DNA of 64,000 bases, taken from Haliotis rubra (lineage: Eukaryota). Positions within the stretch are counted from its first letter, which is position 1. Every line of letters starts with the position of its first letter. The notes under the pieces are model-generated. The model had not been told where the DNA came from. It was given only the letters and a program-made list of their open reading frames with translations, and ran no database searches. Made by a program: the position numbers and the translations under genes. Where the stretch lies: positions 3,410,001 through 3,474,000 of the forward strand of contig NW_025767046.1 in NCBI RefSeq assembly GCF_003918875.1, read 5' to 3'. Below, piece after piece: positions 12,571-25,771 of the stretch.

Positions 12571-13289
12571 ATTATTGCCATAGATATAAGAGCTGACATT
12601 TTAATAAGGGCTCACGGGAAACATAGGCCAGTGTGTTTTATTCGAGGTTTATTTACAGGTACCTATTCTACCTACCACAAATGCCACATTTTGGAGGCAG
12701 ATGCGGCACAGACACCTTGGTTTTGCATGTTTCCTTGGAATGAGAGATGGTAGACGACAGACGTCATCATCTCACATCCTGTCAGGGGAATATTCCATGT
12801 AATCTGGCAAGCTTCTTCATTTTTCAAAAAAGCATTTCATCGATCGCTAATTGCTGCACTTGCGTAATCTCGACTGATTTAACGGAAATCATATAACCAA
12901 AATTACACAAGACTAATCATGCATTTCTTGCCGTAGCACTGGATGAAACAGTCGGTCTTTTGACAGTCAGCGTTGAAATCCCACAAGGTTGACACACATT
13001 CTTGGATTCAGAGCACAGTGTATACAAGAGTAGATATGCAGAAGCAATTTCAATTCATGATTTTGAAGTGTATTTGTCTTGTTGTCTGTTCAATATCTGT
13101 GCACCGAGTTTCTTTCTATCGTGGGATCTTTTGAAACTAAAACATATCATAACATTCAATACAATTTGTTTTACGCCACCTTTAGCAATATTCCGGTAAT
13201 ATCACGATGGAACTGGGCTTCACACATTGTACCCATGTGAGGAATCGAACACGGGTCTTTGGCGTGACGAGCGAACGCTAAATAGCCAG

Positions 13290-13680
13290 TAGGCTGCAAC
13301 GATTCGCCCAGACCTCGATTCGATTCGATTTTCGATATTGGACCCTCGATCCGATCATTTTCGATTCGATTCTTCATACAAGTGAAAACATCAGATTTCA
13401 TTATAATCGCAGTCGGCTTTTTCAGCGTGAACTCCATCGTCACATTGGCGATGTCTACTAACAAACAATTCTCATTGAATAATTAGCCCGGTGTCAACCA
13501 ATCATGTTTCGCCTTATTCCAGTGCTCGAAAGAGTCAACATTACGTTCTGGAAATAATTTAAATAGGTATTCAAATATCGAATCGAAATAGATAAATAGA
13601 AAAATGGCTATCGAAAATCGAAATCAAGGTATGTGATTCGATTTTCGATGAATCGAACCGAATCGTTGCCGCCATATTAG
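13290..13680. mobile_element. hAT-like MITE nested in a family A SINE
   Basis: Termini taggctgcaacgattc...gaatcgttgccgcc; subterminal (TCGAT)n/(ATCGA)n; splits a minus-strand SINE (13168-13705). Confidence 0.6.
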
Positions 13681-16600
13681 TCACTTGTGTACCCCACCGC
13701 CCCATATGAACTTGTAACAGGAAAGAACGGCAATCAAATTATATTGGAGCCAACATGGGCGGGAACATTCAAGATCCGGGTATAGTCGTTTCCGGTATAT
13801 ACCTGTTATATACGTAACAGGAGTGGGGGAAGGTGTTTTACGCCGCTTTTAGCAATATCACAAAAATGGGCCCATGTGTGGGACCGAAACTGGTCCCCCA
13901 CATGGGAACTTCAAGATTCGGGTATTCGTTTCCGGTAGAGAAGACCATTGCGAACAAGCACCGTATATCGGACGTCTCATAAAGGCAGGACAGTAACGAA
14001 GGTCTAAAGCCTAAGGATGGAGTTTAAACAACAAACAACCGCAAAGGCAAGAAGTCACTTCCAAAGCGCAAATATTGCAAATACACCACTGTCAACAACA
14101 AAACTAAGGGGCGTTGGGATAGCCTAGTGGTTAAACGTTCGCTCGTCACGCCGAGAACCCGGGTTCGATTCCCCACATAGGTACAATGTGAAACCCATTT
14201 CTGGTGTTCACCGGCGTGATATTGTGGCGGTCGGGACTCAAACTTCTAATAAACCTTTCAGGCTTGGGTTTAGGAAGAGTCAAAGACTTCTATTCAATGA
14301 ATAAATAGCTTTTTATTCATAGGTATAAATTTACTTCAGCACAATGCTCTATTTTAATAGACCCGTGAAGATCCGGGGTAGAATAGTGATTTTCAATAAC
14401 CCATGCTTGTCGTAAGAGGCGACTAACGGGATCGTGTGTCAGGCTCGCGGACTTGGTTGACACATGCCATCGGTTCCCAATTGCGTAGATCGATGCTCAT
14501 GGTGTTGATCACTGGATTGTCTGGTCCAGACTCGATTATTTACAGACCGCCGCCATATAGCTGGAATATTGCTGAGTGCGGCGTAAAACTAAACTCACTC
14601 TCTTTTAATAAGTAGATCCCTCTCAATGTGCATGGACCAGTGTTAGGCAAGGTGAGGTGAGGTGAGATTGGGTTTAACGTCGTGCTTGAGAATATTTCGC
14701 TCATATGACGACGTGCATGCGTGTGTATGTGTGTATGTCATGTATTACTTTATCATGGGTTCCTACATTGTCGGTACATTGTCATTGAATTTGATTCTCT
14801 CTTTGCTGAGTTGTCAGTTAATTGTAGCTGAAGTGTGAAGACGTTTTGCTCTCCCATTAATCCATTAAATGTTGAAAATGTATTTCTCATAATATTTTCA
14901 TTAGAAAATGAACCTCAAACAAATTTCAAGGCAATCAGAAGTTTTGACCTTGCCTAAAACTGCTGACATTGTGTCAAATAAATTTCAGAAAAGAGGAGGG
15001 TTCTGGGTAACTGCTGATCAGACTTATCAAAATGTTTCATATCAGTCGGAGAAATCATCAATATTAATATCATGTGCAAGGTTTCATGGTAATACTTTTT
15101 GTACTTTCTGATTAACAAGATATTGCATTTATTTCCTTCAGAAACTTCCATTTCATTTCCTTCAAATACTCAAGAGCTGTTTTCTCTTTGACATCATATG
15201 TGCACGTGGTACCTTGTATCATCATTGCCCCATTGATCCTTCAAATACGTATTACCAGCATGGAAAGGTTTATGACAATACATGTACATTGTATCTAACG
15301 AACTTTTTCTGGCCACAGAGTGTAAATTACAGAGAATAATAACATTATTCCTGGTTAATGGATCCAATCAAAGCTACACGTGAAGGCGTTTAAACGTTAG
15401 CAGTCCATCTCATCCCGCCGGGTACCCATTCACTGCTGGGTGAACAGGGGCAATTTTGTACAAAGTCACTTGCCCATGGTGAGACCACGTGTTACATGTG
15501 CTTGGTTGTGGGGCAGGACTGAAGTAATAGGTTTTTAATATGCTGTTAGTAACACTGTGCGGACAGTTGCAGGTTTTCGCGGCCAAAACAACATAGAATA
15601 TATATACTATAAAACAAATATAATATAATAAAACAAACAGAGCTCGACAGTCCTCCATACCATCCAGTATTCGTGTTATTAATGCAACGAATACTTTTGA
15701 ATAGTCATCTTGCATGCGATAACTACTAACTCAGCCGCTTTACCTATGTGGTTAATGGTATGGAATCATAAGCATTCATTTTGTGCATGTAATTATTGTG
15801 TATATTTTGTGGATTTTGTATATATTCATTTTGATGTTTTTGATACAAAAAGAATTTCTTCCGGGATAATAAAGTTATATCTTATCTTCTCTTACTAGCA
15901 TGTCCGAAATGTCTTCGATAAAATTTAAGTCCCTACTCACTGTGAAATATTGAAATCTGTTTAAGTCAACGTAACATTAATATATTAGCTATCCAGACAG
16001 TATTATTCCAACAACCTTGAAGCAGATCTGGGTGCCGTTCCACCAACCGATCTCATCTAAGATCAATCTTAGCAAGTTACGCCAATTATACAGTTTTTCT
16101 ATTCCTTTGTATCCCAGAATATGTACATCAGTGTTATACATTCATTTAATAAAACTAAGTCTAAAATAGACTAATGAAGCTAGAAATTAACCCCCAAAAA
16201 GTAAGCTAGTATGAAATGATAATGTCGTTTCCACGCATTTATTTCGACCTTTCTCTGTCGCACACCATGACATCGAAAGTAAAGGGCATATTTCAATGAT
16301 CTCACAGAATATCGGCCACGAGTTACCCCCGAGTATAGTAAAACTCCTCACAGTGGAACGAAACCGGCAATGTCCGGAGCTACAATATCAATGACTGTAG
16401 AGTAACTTCCCTTGTCCTTCGAGTATGACAAACGTAAACACGACGAACTATCATCTACGATTCCTGCCATACGGAAATTTATTTCGACTGGGATATGTGT
16501 AGCTTTAAAGACACTCGTACCGGGTCATACAAATACTACATGCATATCACCTAGACTTGATTTCGTAGGTTTTACGATCGTGGGACAACTTCTGAAGTGT

Positions 16601-16794
16601 TGACTGACAGAAAAAAATGAACGGACAATGGCGACTTACATGGAGTAGCTCGTAACTTACCTTACTGTAAGTAGGTTGTTATTGTTGATATCGTTATTAC
16701 CTACTTTGTTTTGTACGGGCGGAAGTCTTACCAATGTTTCATTTGTAGTTACAGCAAATATAATATCCCCCTTGGGTATGATCACAGCAAGCTT

Positions 16795-17062
16795 AGGGAC
16801 CGTTCATAATGTAAGGTGTGATGGTGTGTGATGAAGATTTTTATGGAGATGTACAATGTGAATGCGCCCCCCCCCCACACACACACACACACACAATTAT
16901 GTACAAAGTAAATGACCCTCCTGCATGTCATGTACAATATCAACCCCACCCCCACCCCCGAATAAAATGGGTGAAACAAACAAATACACACACACACACA
17001 CACACACACACCTCTCTTAAAATCATCATATCCGCCCCAGCCATATTTTATGAACGGTCCCT
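16795..17062. mobile_element. MITE with TIR AGGGACCGTTCATAA (PIF/Harbinger-like), containing (CA)n
   Basis: agggaccgttcataa / ttatgaacggtccct with TTA/TAA-type flanks. Confidence 0.6.
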
Positions 17063-18096
17063 TAACCTTTCCTTTTCTGAGTCGAGGAACCGAAAACACA
17101 CAAAACTTACAACTTACAACTAATCATAATGACACCAGGTTGAAACTATCTGTGGTCACATTTTGATCTGATTCACTTGTCTAAAATATAGATATTATCA
17201 ATGTGTTTTGTTTTTGCAATGTGTTCCCTTTAAAATTTCCAAATTGTAACAGGAAAGAAATTATGGGTGAACATGGTGAAATGAACAACAAGTCTGCCAG
17301 CTTGCAGAGTGATAATCACTAATAGTCCTAAGAACTAGGACTGTGTATTGGCAAATAAATTGTATTGTAATCTATTGTGATACATGCATTTGTATTGCGA
17401 TATATTAGGAGCTTAGACATGTTAGAATGGTTGACAAATGAACGACATGCAGTGTACATGCAGATCCTATTTTCCACATCCTAAGACCATAAAACATAAT
17501 GATATAGGTAGGATAACGTCAATCTAGAAATCAGGTTTGATAGTTTAGGATTTTTTCTATTTTATACAATTTATAGTATGTAAAGTATAGAATTTGGTCA
17601 AATAATTTATGAATGTAAACGTCAGAGCTCACTAAAAAAAAATGTGTAGACCATACAGATGATGACAAAACTTGTCATAATATTTTACCTAACATACTGT
17701 TTTTCAGAAAAAATATTGCAATATGTATTGTTTAAGAAGCAACTTGTTGCATACCCAGCAGTCCTAATAGGAACACACTAAAATGTTGAAAATTCTACCA
17801 ACCTTTTGGATGCTTTAAAGATTAGTGAAACTGAATTTAAACAACGGAACATCCTCGATTCGAGCTATATGGTGGTTTGTAACTAATCGGGTCTGGACCA
17901 GACAAGCCAGTGATCAACAGCATGAGCATTGATTTACGCAGTTGGGATACGATGACATGTGTCCACAAAGTCAGACATAACATTCAAAAATGAAGATTTG
18001 AACAAAGTTATGAAGTGATCTGAAACCCTTTGAGTTTATGGACATGCTTAAAAGATCATAGTAATTAATTTCCAATAATATTAGTTTCAGTTCAAC

Positions 18097-19359
18097 ATGG
18101 AGAAAGGGATCCCAGTGCCAGACAGATTGTCTCAAGACTTTCATAAAGAGTTACTGGATAATGTTGATGAGTTCTATCACTTATACTCCATTCTCCACAT
18201 CGCAGGCAACAAGACTGATATACTTGAATACATTGCCAAAGAAGGCCCTGGGATGGTCTATAGATTCAACAGGCTGTGTTACTACAAGGAGTCCCATTTC
18301 ATTGAGGATATTCCAGACTATCCCCTCAGCTGGGCTGCAGCAGGAGGTGATGTGGACATCGTAAAGGCATTGATCAAAGCTGGGTTCAACCCTCATATCA
18401 CAAATAAGGAAGAAAACACACAAAAGGATTTCCGGATACCACTTGTGCGAGCAGTAGAAAAAGGTCACCTACCTATCGTGAGATTGCTTGTTGAAGAACA
18501 TGGTTGTGATGTTAACGTCAGTGATGGCTACTTCAAACGGACTGCCCTGCATAGAGCTGCTCAGAATGGTGATTTTACGATGGTTAAATACCTGGTTGAA
18601 CATGAAGCAGACGTGAATGCTGTGGACAGCGTCAATGGAGTGCCCTTGTATCACACGCTTGATGATCACAAAATGGTGAAGTATCTTATTGCCAATGGTG
18701 CCAAAGTTAAAACTTGGGGTCGGCATAACTTGCCTCTGCTATCCTATGCTGCAGATTGCTGTGATGATTTGGATGTCTTTCGGACACTTATAGAAGCAGG
18801 GGCGCACGTTAATCATGGTGGGCCACCCACGACACCTTTCAATAGCGCTGCCGAGCGTGGAAGGCTCGCTTTGATGAAGCTGTTGTATGAATATGGTGCT
18901 GATGCAGACCTACAGGACATGTATGGAATAACTGCACTGCATGTTGTTGGTAAACATACTGACACTGTCTGTGCACGGTACCTTATCATGGACTTAAATG
19001 TTTCTCTAGACAAAACGGATGGGTTTGATCGTACCCCTTTTTCAGTTGGAGTGAAATGTGAGCACCCTCAGTTTCTTCATCTCTTGATGGATGCAGGCTA
19101 CAGACCCACTGGCAAGGATAATGACTACATCCATCATAAGAGTCTAACCACAACAGATTTGTTGCTGCAGGCTGCATTGCATCGTGCACAGGCCATGACA
19201 ACTAGTCCGTGTTCACTTCAGGACAGATGTTGTTTCAAGATTCGAAGGATGGCAGGTAGGGATGTTCAATCCAAAGTGGAACAGTTGAATCTTCCGGTTG
19301 TCATGAAGGACATGATCAAACTGAACCATTTGAAAACTGATTTGATTGATGAAATTTGA
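18097..19359 (+). CDS. Ankyrin repeat and SOCS box-containing protein (ASB-like, 420 aa, CDS in one exon)
   Basis: 420-aa ORF with about 8 ankyrin repeats (PLSWAAAGGDVDIVKALI, PLVRAVEKGHLPIVRLLV, TALHRAAQNGDFTMVKYLVEHEADVN, TPFNSAAERGRLALMKLLYEYGAD) and a C-terminal SOCS box (PCSLQDRCCFKIRR...LNLPVVMKDMI). Acceptor ttagtttcAG at 18081-18090 lies 6 nt before the start context caacATGg. Confidence 0.93.
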   Translation: MEKGIPVPDRLSQDFHKELLDNVDEFYHLYSILHIAGNKTDILEYIAKEGPGMVYRFNRLCYYKESHFIEDIPDYPLSWAAAGGDVDIVKALIKAGFNPHITNKEENTQKDFRIPLVRAVEKGHLPIVRLLVEEHGCDVNVSDGYFKRTALHRAAQNGDFTMVKYLVEHEADVNAVDSVNGVPLYHTLDDHKMVKYLIANGAKVKTWGRHNLPLLSYAADCCDDLDVFRTLIEAGAHVNHGGPPTTPFNSAAERGRLALMKLLYEYGADADLQDMYGITALHVVGKHTDTVCARYLIMDLNVSLDKTDGFDRTPFSVGVKCEHPQFLHLLMDAGYRPTGKDNDYIHHKSLTTTDLLLQAALHRAQAMTTSPCSLQDRCCFKIRRMAGRDVQSKVEQLNLPVVMKDMIKLNHLKTDLIDEI

Positions 19360-22332
19360 TTTTTAGTTTGTCTTGATGATAAACTGGTCCCATGTTGCCG
19401 TTTACTTGATTGAACATGTTGAAAGGGATTGTGTAAAACAACAGCATTGTTGGTTATGTTGGATGTTGGGCTTGCACGAATAAATTTCTTCCCATCTCGT
19501 TAAATCAGCTCTCAGTTCTTCCTACTACTGGAAGGAGGTGGGGTGGCCTAGTGGTTAAAGTGTTCACTGAAGACCCAGGTTTGATTCCCCACATGGGTAC
19601 AATGTGTGAAGCCCATGTCTGGTGTCCCGCCGTGATATTACTGGAATATTGCTAAAAGTGGCGTAAAACTAAACTCGCTCACTCACTCCTACCACTATAC
19701 AAGAATGACCTTTCATCCAACCAATCAGGGCTTTGTTTACCAGTCTGGGATAGTGACTGCCAGAATTTATTTTCTAATAGTACAGCCGTGAAAAGGTTTA
19801 CTCAGGAGTATTCTGAACAATAATTATTCCATCAAAATCATCATGCATCATATTGCCTGCAAGGACCCTTAAAACAAATATAAATAATTAAGGGTCCCAA
19901 TGACCCCCATGTTTGTGAGTCGAGATAAAACCCTGCATAAACATTATAGGTAGAGGGTTAACTGTCTTAGACAAGCATTACAATCATGCGTCCAGAGGGA
20001 TGCACAATATTATTCACTGTACCCACAACGCATCTATGACTTTGATGTTTGGTGGTTTCTTTCAGAGCAGTCACGTGCATCATTTCATCCATCAGTCCAA
20101 CTGATCAATGATAGATTCCACGCTCTAAAGAAATTATCAAAACGTACAGTTCTCTACACTGTTACTTCACAGGACCCTTGTATTGTCTGCAAGAACCCTA
20201 ACAATTAATAATTGACGGTCCCCGGGACCCCCATGTTTTTGAGTTAAGGTAAACCCTGCCAGGGTTTCAAATTTTATGATTAGAATTGATTACTCTGTAA
20301 CATGTATAACTCACAAATCTCACAGCCACATTGTAAATAAGAACAGCTATGAATGCTCTCTGTTCCACTCTTTTTGTATGCTTACTCAAATAGCCGAGGC
20401 AGATGAGTTGTCAGAATGAAATTATTAAACAATAGCAATACATAATTATGATGATGGATGTAGTTTTCTTGTTGTCATGGTGACAGTTGCATTTCTTAAA
20501 AATTGATATGTGATATTGATTGGTTTATGTATTTCTGTGCAGTGACTTTTAACTAGTTCAGAAGATTTCTGGAATTTGATTCCCAATGTGATGTTTTTCA
20601 CCCAGCCTGACTGCAGAGCACACTCTCATTCATTTTACAATGTCATATAATCTATTTAGCATTTTGATGTATTTATTTTGTGTTAATGTTTATATATATA
20701 TTTTCATGTTATATCAGTCGATATGCACCGCTTCAGTCATGTTTTAGAAGAGAGTTTGTAATGCAGAATTGCTAGACAGCTTGTGGACATGGTGGAGAAG
20801 CAGTTACCAAGGTAACTGGTGCCATAGTATATGTAATCAATATGCCTATTGAGGTATCCAATATTAAGTACAAAATATTGTAAGAAACCCAGATTAGTTT
20901 GATTTGTTCATTTGTTCTTGGAATATCTGAATCTTTGAAATTGCAAGTTTGATTGTTATAAAATGATTAGGACCCAGGGACAATAACAATATTCTCGTTC
21001 TGGATATTGATAATAGGATGGAGCAAACGAAACGAAAATGTCTGTTTTGGTTTTTGTTACCATGGTTAGTCCTTAAATATAGTTTTAGTTGATTTATGGG
21101 ACTGACTGACACTAGTGACAGAAACCCTTAACATTAGAACATGTTGAAATTTATAAAATCAACTTTTTCTTTCCTGGAATGAGGGGGCTTAACAAAGGAG
21201 ACTTTTGACACTATTTTGGCCAAACCTTTACAAATAGCTTAGAATAACACAAGATTTTATCTCTGATTTCATCATCGTAGAAACATAATTTCAACCACCT
21301 ATAATTTTTAAGAATTTTTGGCAATGGAAATATTAAAGGCCATGGTCCAGGTTAAATTGTCAGTGAGTCGGTTTTCTGCTATACATTTGATTAACATGAT
21401 AAGGAAAATTCCTCACATTAACGTCACAACCATCTTGATTTTTAATGTTTGTTAGATACATTTCTTTTGTAACAGTGGGAACAGATATGATGTAAATATA
21501 AAGAAGTAATTATTACAATGAGATAAATACACAATGTTGTGGATGTCTGGTACCATTACTAAATACCCTTCTTGGGGTAGGGTGATGGGCTTGTTGCCAT
21601 GGGATACCTTGTTAACTGGGGGTGAGAGTAAACACCTACACTGAGTGAGCGTTGAGCTGTGTTCTTAATGTTCGAACATCAAATAAATGTTTCAGAATTA
21701 CAAAGTATGTAGGACTTTGTCAGCATACAGAGCAGACAGGCCACACTTGTGCTACCAGGAGTGGGATAAATGAAATGTCTTTTAATGTTATTTCTCTCTA
21801 AAGAATTGACCTGTTGAATGAACATTTCACAGAAACCTTAAGCAAATTTTGTTTTCATCATCATGATTGTTGTATTTGTACTTGTGGCCTTGGAGGTCCA
21901 ACTGCCAGAACTGAAAGGGTTTTGTCTGATGCATCCCTGAAAGTTTTGGTACAACTATTATGCAAGTAAATATTGTTAGAAAACAAATATACAGATTTTC
22001 ACAATAATATTAATGATTTGTTTTTATGTCACCCATCCATATGGGTGCCCATTTTTGTAGGACATATTGATAACACTTCAAGTAAAGTTAGTTTTCTTTG
22101 AGACTATTTTCAGTGCTGTTAACAAGGAAATGTTTTGTTTATGTTTATGATTTACCCAAATATTACTATGGTTGCTATATTCTAGATTATTTGTTATTTG
22201 ACTGCACAGTGACTGTGATAATACAATCAGAAATGTTTTTTCCCCCAGTGTGTTAATAAACTAACCTACAGGAAGATCTGTTTTGTGAGATTATTTTCTG
22301 TAGGCAAGTGTATGTTGTTTTGTGTAATGGTA

Positions 22333-22902
22333 TAGTCCGTTTGGCTCAAAAGCAGACCGATGAATTGCAATCTAACTCGAAAACTAATAAACACAACATA
22401 CTCAATGAAACGCTGATCATAATCATACTCAATGAAACGCTGATCATAATCAAAACCTCATACCAACTCTGTGAGGTTTTTGCAGAATTTTTGTCCTAAA
22501 AATAATAAAGTTGTTTAACAAACTATCATTAAAATATTGACACAGTTCACTGTTTGTTACGAGGGAGGAGTGCAGAGAAAGGGACAGCCAGGTGTTCGAC
22601 AAGCACGTTCACAGACAAAGTTATTTATTCATTAACCTGCGCTGTGCCGTCTCCATCCGTTCTCGAACACCTGGCTGTCCCTTTCTCTGCACTCCTCCCT
22701 CGTAACAAATAGTGAACTGTGTCAATATTTTAATGATAGATTGTTAAACAACTTTATTATTTTTAGGACAAAAATTCTGCAAAAACCTCACAGAGTTGGT
22801 ATGATGTTTTGATTATGATCAGCGTTTCATTGAGTATTTTATGTTTATTAGTTTTCGAGTTAGATTGCAATTCATCGGTCCGCTTTTGAGCCAAACAGAC
22901 TA
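22333..22902. mobile_element. Foldback element with ~250-bp inverted arms, copy 1
   Basis: tagtccgtttggctcaaaag...acagccaggtgtt arm and its reverse complement around a short spacer; TA flanks. Confidence 0.85.
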
Positions 22903-24149
22903 TAGAATGTGCTAGTGGTTGAAGTCATGAAGAACAACTCAGTAGATGGCATCAGAAGTGGCATAAACTACCTGAATCTAATTTATTTGGAATATTTGAT
23001 AAGGTAGTTGTACTGGAACCCAATACCGTTTGATATCTAACTTTTAAAAGGAATTTTGAAATGTCAATAAAAAATATACACCTTGAACATGCTGAAAAGT
23101 TCTCATGTCCTTGAAATGAACTGAATGCCAGATAAATTTCCTTGGCCTGTCATAGGCGGATCCAGGCGGTGGGTGAGCACCTCCCCTTTTGTCCAGAAGG
23201 CTTATTACATGTCATTGAAACTCTTGCAAAAAAGCTGTGAAGATGAATTGTGCATCCCCTCTTTCTCAAAAAGCTGTATCCAGCCCTGCCTGTCATCACT
23301 GACCTATGTTCACGAGTTGGACCAAAGATGAAAAAGTCAATGACTGACTTCACTTCAGGACTTCTTCAACAACCACATGAAACAGAAATGTCTGTATCAT
23401 AACCAACATAGTTCTTTGGGTACTGAACCCAAGTCACTCCTTCACATAATCAAAAGGCTCACATGACGAGTGACAATCCAGTGATCAACAGCATGATCAC
23501 TGATCCATGGAAATGTGACACGATGGGATACAGTTGACCCAAGTCAGCGAGCCTGACCACCCAATCCCGTTAGTTGCCTTTTACGATAAGCATGGGTTAC
23601 TGACGACCAATTCTAACCCGGATCTTCACGGGACCTGCTGGAGATTAAGTCCATTTCCTAGGTGATATTGTTGCAATATAATTGAATCCTTATGCTTTGT
23701 AGACCATTTTCAAGTGACTGGTGGCTATGAGATCACTGATATCCTCTATAATGTCTATTCATGCTGATCATGAGAAGAATTAATGGTTAAGTGAATTCCA
23801 AAGCAAAATGATTAAGTGGGTTTAGTTTTACGCCGCTTTTAGCAATATCATGGCGGGGCACACCAGAAATGGGCTCCACACATTGTACCCATGTGGAGAA
23901 TCGAACCCAGGTCTTTGGCATGACATATGCTATATTCTAAGATACTTTGCTAAAAGATCAAAGGCGATCAAAGTACACTTTTTGCATGATGTCCATCTGT
24001 ATTGACGTCACTACGCCATTCTCATCTGCCCCCTCGTTATCAAACATACCCTTGGTAACCGACGTCATGATGCATGTCAGTTGTCATCGCCTCGTACAGT
24101 CTCCTACAGTAATACCAATTTCTTGGTTTGCAGTTGCTTCACTCGGCTA

Positions 24150-24728
24150 ACATCACTGGAACTTAGTTAAGCACCCCTGACATATCTCACGATTGAATGA
24201 GCCCGATCTTAACCCTTTGGAGCATATCTGGGACATGATTGGTCGTCGTGTGCAACAAAGGGATCCTCCTGTACAGAACCTGGCCCAATTGGAAGCTGCT
24301 TTACACGAGGAATGGCGTAGACTGCCCCTTCAGAGGATCAGGAGGCTGACAGGGGTATGAGGAGGAGAGTGCTGGCTGTCATACAGTCACATGGAGGTTA
24401 CACTCGGTATTGACCTTGAATCGTGTAAGACACGCAAAATGACATTTTGAATGTTCACATTCACCAATAAATTCAACATTAAACATTCCAGGGCCATACT
24501 TGTACAGACATGGTTTTGTATGAAAATCAGTGTTTTTTAAAATGAGCAATTATCATCATAAAATCAACATGGATTCCAATCATTTTGTCGTTTTTTATGA
24601 GTCAAAGGATCATACGGGTCAGAAAAACTAATGTTTTTCCATCGTGGTCACCACGAGAAGTTTTATGTACGTGTTGAAAACCTATCATTGCAAAAATACA
24701 GGGGTGCTTAATTAAGTTCTTTGTGTAT
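24150..24728 (+). mobile_element. Internally deleted Tc1 transposon (C-terminal transposase relic)
   Basis: 24200-24413 translates SPDLNPLEHIWDMIGRRVQQRDPPVQNLAQLEAALHEEWRRLP...GGYTRY* with one frameshift; TIR aacttagttaagcacccctg / caggggtgcttaattaagtt. Confidence 0.85.
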
Positions 24729-25771
24729 AAACTTCATGCCATGAACAGTAACATTTAATCACTGTCCGTGTAGTCAGTCACTGTTCCAAGCCAGTTCCTC
24801 ATCATTCCGTTTTTCTTCTGAAGTCTGCACAGCAAAATATCAACATGTTCAGGGTGAAAGTTGGTAAAAATATGAGGAGGCAGTTTGCAGTTTCAGGTAG
24901 CACCAGAACAAGTTATAAATGTTTAAATCAGGCCCTGACGGCTGTTCCTGCATTTGCTGGCATCAACTCTCAACTGGTGGTAAATACAGACTGACCATAA
25001 GAAGTGAAACGAGGAAATAATATTTATGTTGTTTTTCTTCTGGATTGATAACACAGACCCTTGAAACAAATACATTTTATTGTTACATGCCTGAGAGCAA
25101 TAAATAATTTTCATAATTTACAAAAACAGAAGTATAATTGTTTTCTCCTTTGGAAAATGAAACTAATTTCTAAGTGGGTTGTCCAGTTGAACATGGTACA
25201 ATTTGTCGTAGAGTCACAGTTGATATAGGTCCCAAATTCCTGGCTGGGATTCATTTCAGGGCAACCACGAGTGATAAATAAGTGGATAATATTCTTTTCA
25301 AAATTAACTCTGTTAATACTGTACTGTTGTTTATAGGTCAGTAAGAAGTACTATCCCTGAGATCATTGAAAACACACACACACCTGTCTGCCTGCATGCC
25401 CGGCTTCTAGAGGTTCTTGCTGGCAGATAGTTTCTGTTCGAATGGCATGACTGTTGATTTCACATGGTTCTTATCATGCTAGTAGTATACTACTCCCATT
25501 TTCATAGGGATGATCAGATATGTCATTCAGTTTAACTAATCTTGGCATTTTGTGAAATTCAATTTTTGTATCAGTGATTAAAATAACCATATAAAATATC
25601 GAGTGGTATGTTATACAGTCTGCCAGAAGTTTCTTTTGTAATAAGCAGTAGGGTAATCCTAGCACCAGTAGTATTTGGCCAGGTTATTATAAAACTTTGT
25701 GAAATGTTACCCTCTGAAAATCATCGAGATAAACAGGAACTCGTATACAAGCATCATACCAGCAAGCATAT

